Positions 57,259-64,000 of a DNA stretch of 64,000 nucleotides are shown one piece after another (the stretch's first letter is position 1; every line of letters begins with the position of its first letter). The stretch is from Octopus vulgaris. Its lineage: Eukaryota. The stretch lies in the NCBI GenBank assembly GCA_951406725.2, contig OX597827.1, positions 8,060,001-8,124,000 on the forward strand, written 5' to 3'. Made by a program: the position numbers and the translations under genes. The notes under the pieces are model-generated. The model saw nothing but the letters and a program-made list of their open reading frames with translations. It had not been told where the DNA came from and ran no database searches.

Positions 57259-59443
57259 TCATCATCATCATCGTTTAAAGTCTGTTTTCCATACTGGCAT
57301 GGGATGGATGGCTCGACTGGGGTCTGGAAAGCCAGGAGGCTGCACCAGACTCCAGTCTGATCTGGCAATGTTTCTACAGCTGGATGCCCTTCCTAATGCC
57401 AGCCACTCCAAGAGTTTAGTGGGTGCTTTTTACATGTCACCAGCACAGGGGCCAGAAGGGGCTGGTATTGACCATGATTGGATGGTGCTTTTTATATGCC
57501 ATTGGCATGGAAGACAGTCAAGGCGGTGCTGGCATCAGCCACGTTCGAATGGCGCTTTTTACGTGCCCCCAGCATACAAGCCAGTCGGGACAAGTCAGCC
57601 CGACCATGTGTTCGATGCCAGCTTGACCATGTTTGGATGGTGCCTTTTACGTGCCACTGGCACAGGGACCACAACTACAATTTCCATTTGAATGTAATTT
57701 GATTTCATTTGATGTTGATGTACTTGACTCAACAGGTCCCCTCAAGCATGGCATGTCACCCTACAATCCAAAGGTACTTTTGAGTTGACTGGTTATACGA
57801 CACTGGTGTAGGTTGCAGCTGTGATCTCACTTTATTTGCTGGGTCTTCTCAGACACATCGTATCTCCAGAGGTCTCAGTCTTTCCCCATTTCCTCTGTGA
57901 GGCCCAACTTTCGAAGGTCATGCTTCACCACCTCATCTCATGTCTTTCTGGGTCTCCCTCTAGCCCCAGATTCCTTTCACTGTTTGGGAGTGGCACTTCT
58001 TCACACAGCTCTCCTCATTCATCCATAATGCATGACCATTCCAATGCAAACGTCTTTCTTGCACACCACATCCAATGCTTCTTATGTCCAACATTTCTCT
58101 CAGGGTGCTTACACTCTATCGTGTGTACACACTGACATTACACATCCAGCGGATCATGCTAGCTTCATTTCTTTCAAGCCTACACATGTCCTTCAGCAGT
58201 CACAGCCCATGTTTCACTGCCATGAAGCATGGCAGTTCGCACACATGCATCATGCAATCTACCTTTCACTCTGAGCGAGAGGCCCTTTGTCACCACTAGA
58301 GGTAGAAGCTGTCTGAACTTTACCCAGGCAATTCTTATTCTAGTGGTAACATTCTCTGAGCATCCACCCCCACAACTAACTTGGTCACCTAGGTAGCGGA
58401 GGCTATCAACTACTTCTGGTTTCTACTCCTGGAGTATACATACATACATATATATATATATTCTTTCTTTCTTTTTATTTTCTTTTACTTGTTTCAGTCA
58501 TTTGACTGCGGCCATGCTGGAGCACCACCTTTAGTCGAGCAAATCAACCCCGGGACTTATTCTTTGTAAGCCCAGTACTTATTCTATCGGTCTCTTTTTG
58601 CCGAACCGCTAAGTGGCGGGGACGTAAACACACCAGCATCGGTTGTCAAGCAATGCTAGGGGGACAAACACAGACACACAAACATACACACATACATATA
58701 TATATACATATATACGACAGGCTTGGAAACTATCAACTACTTCTAGTTTCTTCCCCTGGCATGTGATGGGATCTATTTTCTGAGCATCTGTGGAATTTAT
58801 TGCTCCAGTGTATCTGCCGCACACGAAAGCTATCTTCCTGGTTAATCTCCTTTTGATTTTGCTGCACCTCTTATGTGTCCATACCTTACACTGGGTACAT
58901 CTTATGGAATTTCTACCTACAACTTTTCTGCAGATCGAGCAGGGCCACCTACCTGAAGGGGTGTGTGAAGTGTTCGCCTTCCTACTTACTAGAACTTTGG
59001 TCTTTGCGACATTGACTCTAAGACCCATCGACCCTAAACCTTGCTTCCACACCTGGAATTTCTTCTCTAGGTCTAGAAGTGATTCTGCTATGTGGGCCAG
59101 GTCATCAACATAGAGGAGCTCCCAGGGGCAACCTGTCTTCACTCCTCTGTTATTGCCTGGAGGTCTATGATGAGGGCTGAGGGCTGATCCTTCGTGGACC
59201 CCTACTTCTACCTAGAATTCTTCACTACACTCTTTGTCAATCCTAACCTTACTAACGGCATCTCTGTATAGGGCCTGTACTGCCCTTATTAACCAGTTGT
59301 CAATCCCCAGTTTCCACATCACCCACCAGATAAGGTTTTGGGGGACACTGTCAAAGGCTTCCTCCAAGTCCACAAAAGCCAAGTATAAGGTTTATCTTTG
59401 CCAGGTATTTCTGCTGCAGTTGCCATACCAGGAATATAGCATC
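57259..59443 (-). mobile_element. Second 5'-truncated copy of the same RTE-like LINE, interrupted by a SINE-A fragment (~58475-58725)
   Basis: ELLYVDDL RT motif (ORF 58609..59142); collinear with 55190-57105; CTATCAACTACTTCT occurs on both sides of the insertion. Confidence 0.9.
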
Positions 59444-59695
59444 AGTGTGTGTTTGTGTGTCTGTGTTTGTCCTGCCAACATCGCCTGACAACCGATGGTG
59501 GTGTGGTTATGTCTCTGTAACTTAGTGGTTTGGCAAAAGAGACCGATAGAATAAGTACTAGGCTTACAAAGAATAAGTCCTGGGGTCGATTTGCTTGACT
59601 AGAGGCAGTGCTCCAGCATGGCCACAGTCCATATAAAGAATGTGTAGTGGCTAGAGATCCATCATGGCAAATGTATATATATATATATATATATC

Positions 59696-59732
<37 letters not shown>

Positions 59733-60209
59733 CTTAATATATATACATATACATATACATATATATATATATAAAATATAAATTAGATATTAAACCACTA
59801 TTATGCAATTCAAACAATGATAGACATAAACCAAAACAAATAACAAATAAAATATATTCTAATAAAACATAACTAAATTACAAAAAGTATAAAAATGAAT
59901 AATCAATATATAATAAGTAAAAAAATCTACGTACATTTCATGGCTACAATTAAATTCAAATTGCAATTAAATTTAAATTTGATTGAAATGGATTCAATCT
60001 TCAGGTTAACAATAATAGTTTAACTCAATTTGCTTATTTATTTAACTATATATTAAGTTACATAGATATGAATATACATACATATGTACATACATACATA
60101 AAAACATTACATACACATGCATATAAATATGTGCACACACACACACACAATACATATATATATATATATATATATAAAGGATGCAGCACGGAATTTTGTC
60201 AGTCAAAGG

Positions 60210-61045
60210 TCACAGTTTCAAAACGCCAATGCTACAATGCCACCTTAAGAATAAACGTAACTATGCCTCTCCTGGTCTCGATGGTGTTGCATACCTACTT
60301 CTCAAACGCGGTGGGTACTTTCTTCTAAACCAACTTTCACTATTCTTTCAATTCTGTCTTGACAATGGTGTCACTCCAGAGCAGTGGAAAACTGCCAGTG
60401 TTATCCCTCTGTTCAAAAAAGGTGACCGCACATCACCTGTCAACTATTGCCCTGTCAGTCTTACTAGCTGCATCCCCAGTCTGGAACCCCTATCTTGCCC
60501 CGGATATTAATCTTCTGGAAACTGTTCAGTGACATGCAGCCAAGAGAATACTCTCCATCAGGCATTTGCCATATTCTGAATGCCTTACTTCCCTGGGCAT
60601 GGATACATTGAAACTCTGACGTCTGGCACCTGACTTGGCAGAGACCCCTAAAATTATTAACCATCTTACAAACAATAACGCTGAGCACCTTTTCAAACTC
60701 TATCTGTCTAACACCTGTGGACATATTTACAAAGTCAGAAAACAGCACAGCTCCCATGACTTTCGGAAACATTTTTTCATGCTAAGAATTGCTGAAGCAT
60801 GGAACAAACTGCCGGCATCAGTTGTTAGTTGTTGGAGCACTGCATCCTTCAAAACTTCCATGCTTCCTGAGATTTGCCAACACTACACCTGATCTTTCTC
60901 CCCCATACACTTGCAAGCATGTATCTGACTCATACACTGTTCCCTTCCCAGACATTTGTACATTACTGCATATGCTTTATATGCACTTTTGACAAGTTGT
61001 GGTGCACCTGAGCACTGTATACAATAATTTCATTATTATTATTAT
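60210..61045 (+). mobile_element. CR1-like LINE remnant with internal deletion
   Basis: SPGLDG, WKTASVIPLFKKGDRTSPVNYCPVSLTS then C-terminal FRKHFFMLRIAEAWNKLPASVV; (ATT)n tail; RT core missing near 60475. Confidence 0.85.
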
Positions 61046-61469
61046 CTAAATTAAATTTAAATGTGGAAGTGAATCTAACAGTTTTTGTATGGATTATAAA
61101 CACCTTCCACGTTGCAATTGTTTATGTTTCAGCATACGATCTCAAATCAGGTCACTTGCTATGCAAGTACATTTCCGTAATATGTGTGTGTGTGTATATG
61201 TGCGTGTGTGTATGTACTTTTCTATTTATTTTTCTTGAGTGTGAGGATTCACAAAACTGGTTACCCAGATTCTGTAGCATATAAGTGAATGAGATGACAA
61301 CATTCCCCTGATCAAAATGTTGATCTGTTGCTGGGTTCAAAGCAAGCAATTCTGAGGGAAAGTGGCAAATCAATTACATTGAACCCAGTATTTGAATGGT
61401 ACTTGAATTTTATTGACTCCAACGGTAAACTTGACCGTAGCAAGATCTTATTAAAGAATGTGAAAAACC

Positions 61470-61765
61470 CAGTGTGCGTGGCTTAGTGGTTAATGTGTTG
61501 GGCTCACGATCATAAAATTGCAGTTTCGATTCCTAGACCAGGCAGTGCACTGTGTTCTTGAGCAAAACACTTCACTTCATGCTGCTCCAGTCTACTCAGC
61601 TGTAGAAATGTGTACCAATAGTGGAGTCATGTTGCATAGTGGTTAGGATGTTGGACTTAAGACTAAGATTGTGGTTTCGAACCCTGGACCAGGCAATCCC
61701 TTGTGTTCTTGAGCAAAGCACTTAATTTCAAGTTGCTCCAGTCCACTCAGCTGCAGAAAAGAGTT
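61470..61765 (+). mobile_element. Two tandem heads of SINE family C
   Basis: Repeated TAGTGGTTA...GTTTCGA..CC..GTGTTCTTGAGCAAA.CACTT..TTCA..TGCTCCAGTC.ACTCAGCTG.AGAAA. Confidence 0.75.
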
Positions 61766-62029
61766 TAGCCCAGAGAGGGATGGACTCCACCAGATATGCT
61801 GCTTGGCTGCAGTGCCCCTATGACCCCAAAGGGGTAAAGGAATTCGTCAAAAAAAAAAATGCTTGCAAGTGTCAGATGTAATTTGTTGAGGCTGAATTAA
61901 ATTGAGATCAGAAAAAGATATAATTGATTGATTCTAGTTTCAGCTCACGAGCTGTGGCCATGCTGGGGCACTGCCATTTTGTTCATAATCAAGATAAAAA
62001 AATATTGCGGGTAAGTAACACGAAAACTA

Positions 62030-63300
62030 ATATAAATGCTTGGAAGACAGATTCGAAGGATTATTCAGTGTGTGATGATGTATTTATTATATGCACAAAG
62101 GGTGGAAATACCCGAAGCACTGCAAAACAGGATATTGAAAGACTTCCATGTAGGACATCCAGGGATTTCCCAGATGAAAAGCCTCATGAGGGGTTTCATG
62201 TATTGGCTGAATATGGACAAGCAAATTGAGAGACTAGTAAAACAATGCAGGGGATGCTCTATAGCAGCAAATGCACCCCCAGTGCAGATACAGCCATGGC
62301 CAAAAATGGATTCAGTATGGTGTAGACTGCATGTAGATTTTGCAGGGCTAATAAATGGCTCTCATTATATTATCATGGTGGATAGCTATTCGAAATGGCC
62401 TGAAGTGTGTAAATTAAATGTTCAAGGCCAACCACAAATGTGATTATTGAATTCTTGGAAGAATTGTTCACCCGTTATGGAGTGCCAAATACTATCAAGT
62501 CAGATAATGGCACACAATTCACAGTGAAGGAGTTCGAAAGATTCTGTAAGTCGGTCCAGATGAAGCATCGGTTAACTCCACCATACCATCCAAGGTCAAA
62601 TGGGTTAGGGGAAAGATTTGTCGACACATTCAAGAGAACCTTAAAAAAGACCAGACGGGAAGCCCTTGAGGATAGAAATATGACAAAGTTCTTACAGGTG
62701 TACAGAATAACACCAAATCTAAATGCAGAGTTGGGTAGATCACCCGCAGATTTGATGTTCTCCAGAAAGATACGTTCTGTGTTTAATAAATTGTTGCCGA
62801 GTAGAAAATGGAAAATACAAAATTCAGGAAGTAGAACTAAATTTAATAACACCGGTGATGAAGTGTATTTTAAAATATATAAAAACAGAAAATAGCACTG
62901 GGTACAATGTAATATAACTGGACGTCTGAGTAACATAATGCACATGGTAAAACGACTAAAATATGAACATAAAAGGCATTTTAACCAATTACAGGAAAGA
63001 TATACCAAAAATAAAGGAAGGCAAGAGGAGCCAATTGATATATGGTATGACATGTTTGAGGTCCCAGAACCATAAGTGAAAGCAGAATTGACACGTAGGT
63101 TGAACAGGAAACGAAAACCTACAGAAATGATGGAAATTAATGCCAAGAGGAAGAGGTATGCCAGTTTCTCACTGAGGGAATAAAACTGATAAAAATAAAG
63201 AATAAACAAATTAGAAAAAAAGAATAAAGCCAATCTCAAAAAGGGGAGGTGCTGTGTGGAATTACAACACCCCTATTGGTAGGTTCCTAATGGACTGTGC
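62030..63300 (+). mobile_element. Ty3/Gypsy LTR retrotransposon remnant (integrase, frameshifted)
   Basis: HHCC zinc finger (FHVGHPG...CRGC), rve core (HVDFAG, SDNGTQF, PPYHPRSNGLGERFV) split over ORFs 62036..62443 and 62440..62895; polypurine tract AAAAAGGGGAGG directly before TG at 63250 (probable 3' LTR start). Confidence 0.9.
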
Positions 63301-63466
63301 CACAATATAAATGGACATATGCAGAGGGCCCTCAGCGCAGTGTAAAGCCAAAAGTTGCGTATTGTCGAGGGTTATTACCAGTATCTTGAGTAGAATGATT
63401 TGCGAGGACATTATTACTATTCTGTTATCTCATACATTGAATGTGCAACACAACATATACATACAT

Positions 63467-63518
<52 letters not shown>

Positions 63519-63534
63519 TTATATATATATATAA

Positions 63535-63984
<450 letters not shown>

Positions 63985-64000
63985 ATATATATATATATCA

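Noticed and set aside
62475-63239. 254-aa minus-strand ORF
   Set aside because: Antisense shadow of the Gypsy integrase region.

Overview
AT-rich, microsatellite-dense eukaryotic DNA, most likely a coleoid cephalopod (Octopus-like, judged from the protocadherin type and repeat landscape; inferred, not proven). The one host gene is a minus-strand protocadherin. A ~2.5 kb exon (CDS 12834-10405) encodes a signal peptide, six cadherin repeats and a TM segment. A DSGRG-motif cytoplasmic exon follows at 2822/2808-2664, with a probable terminal coding exon at 761-682. Candidate 5'UTR exons lie at 15878-15737 and ~49690-49494. The rest is SINEs of three families, RTE- and CR1-like LINE remnants, a Gypsy integrase remnant, hAT/piggyBac-type MITEs and simple repeats. 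The most striking unexplained signal is a set of mutually unrelated fold-back elements sitting mostly in (TA)n tracts. Many carry a recognisable minimal type-I hammerhead ribozyme, including covarying U3-A8 cores. Together with a Penelope-like coding remnant, this suggests a diverse family of Penelope-derived ribozyme elements in and around the protocadherin intron. All calls were made by eye; repeat boundaries are approximate.
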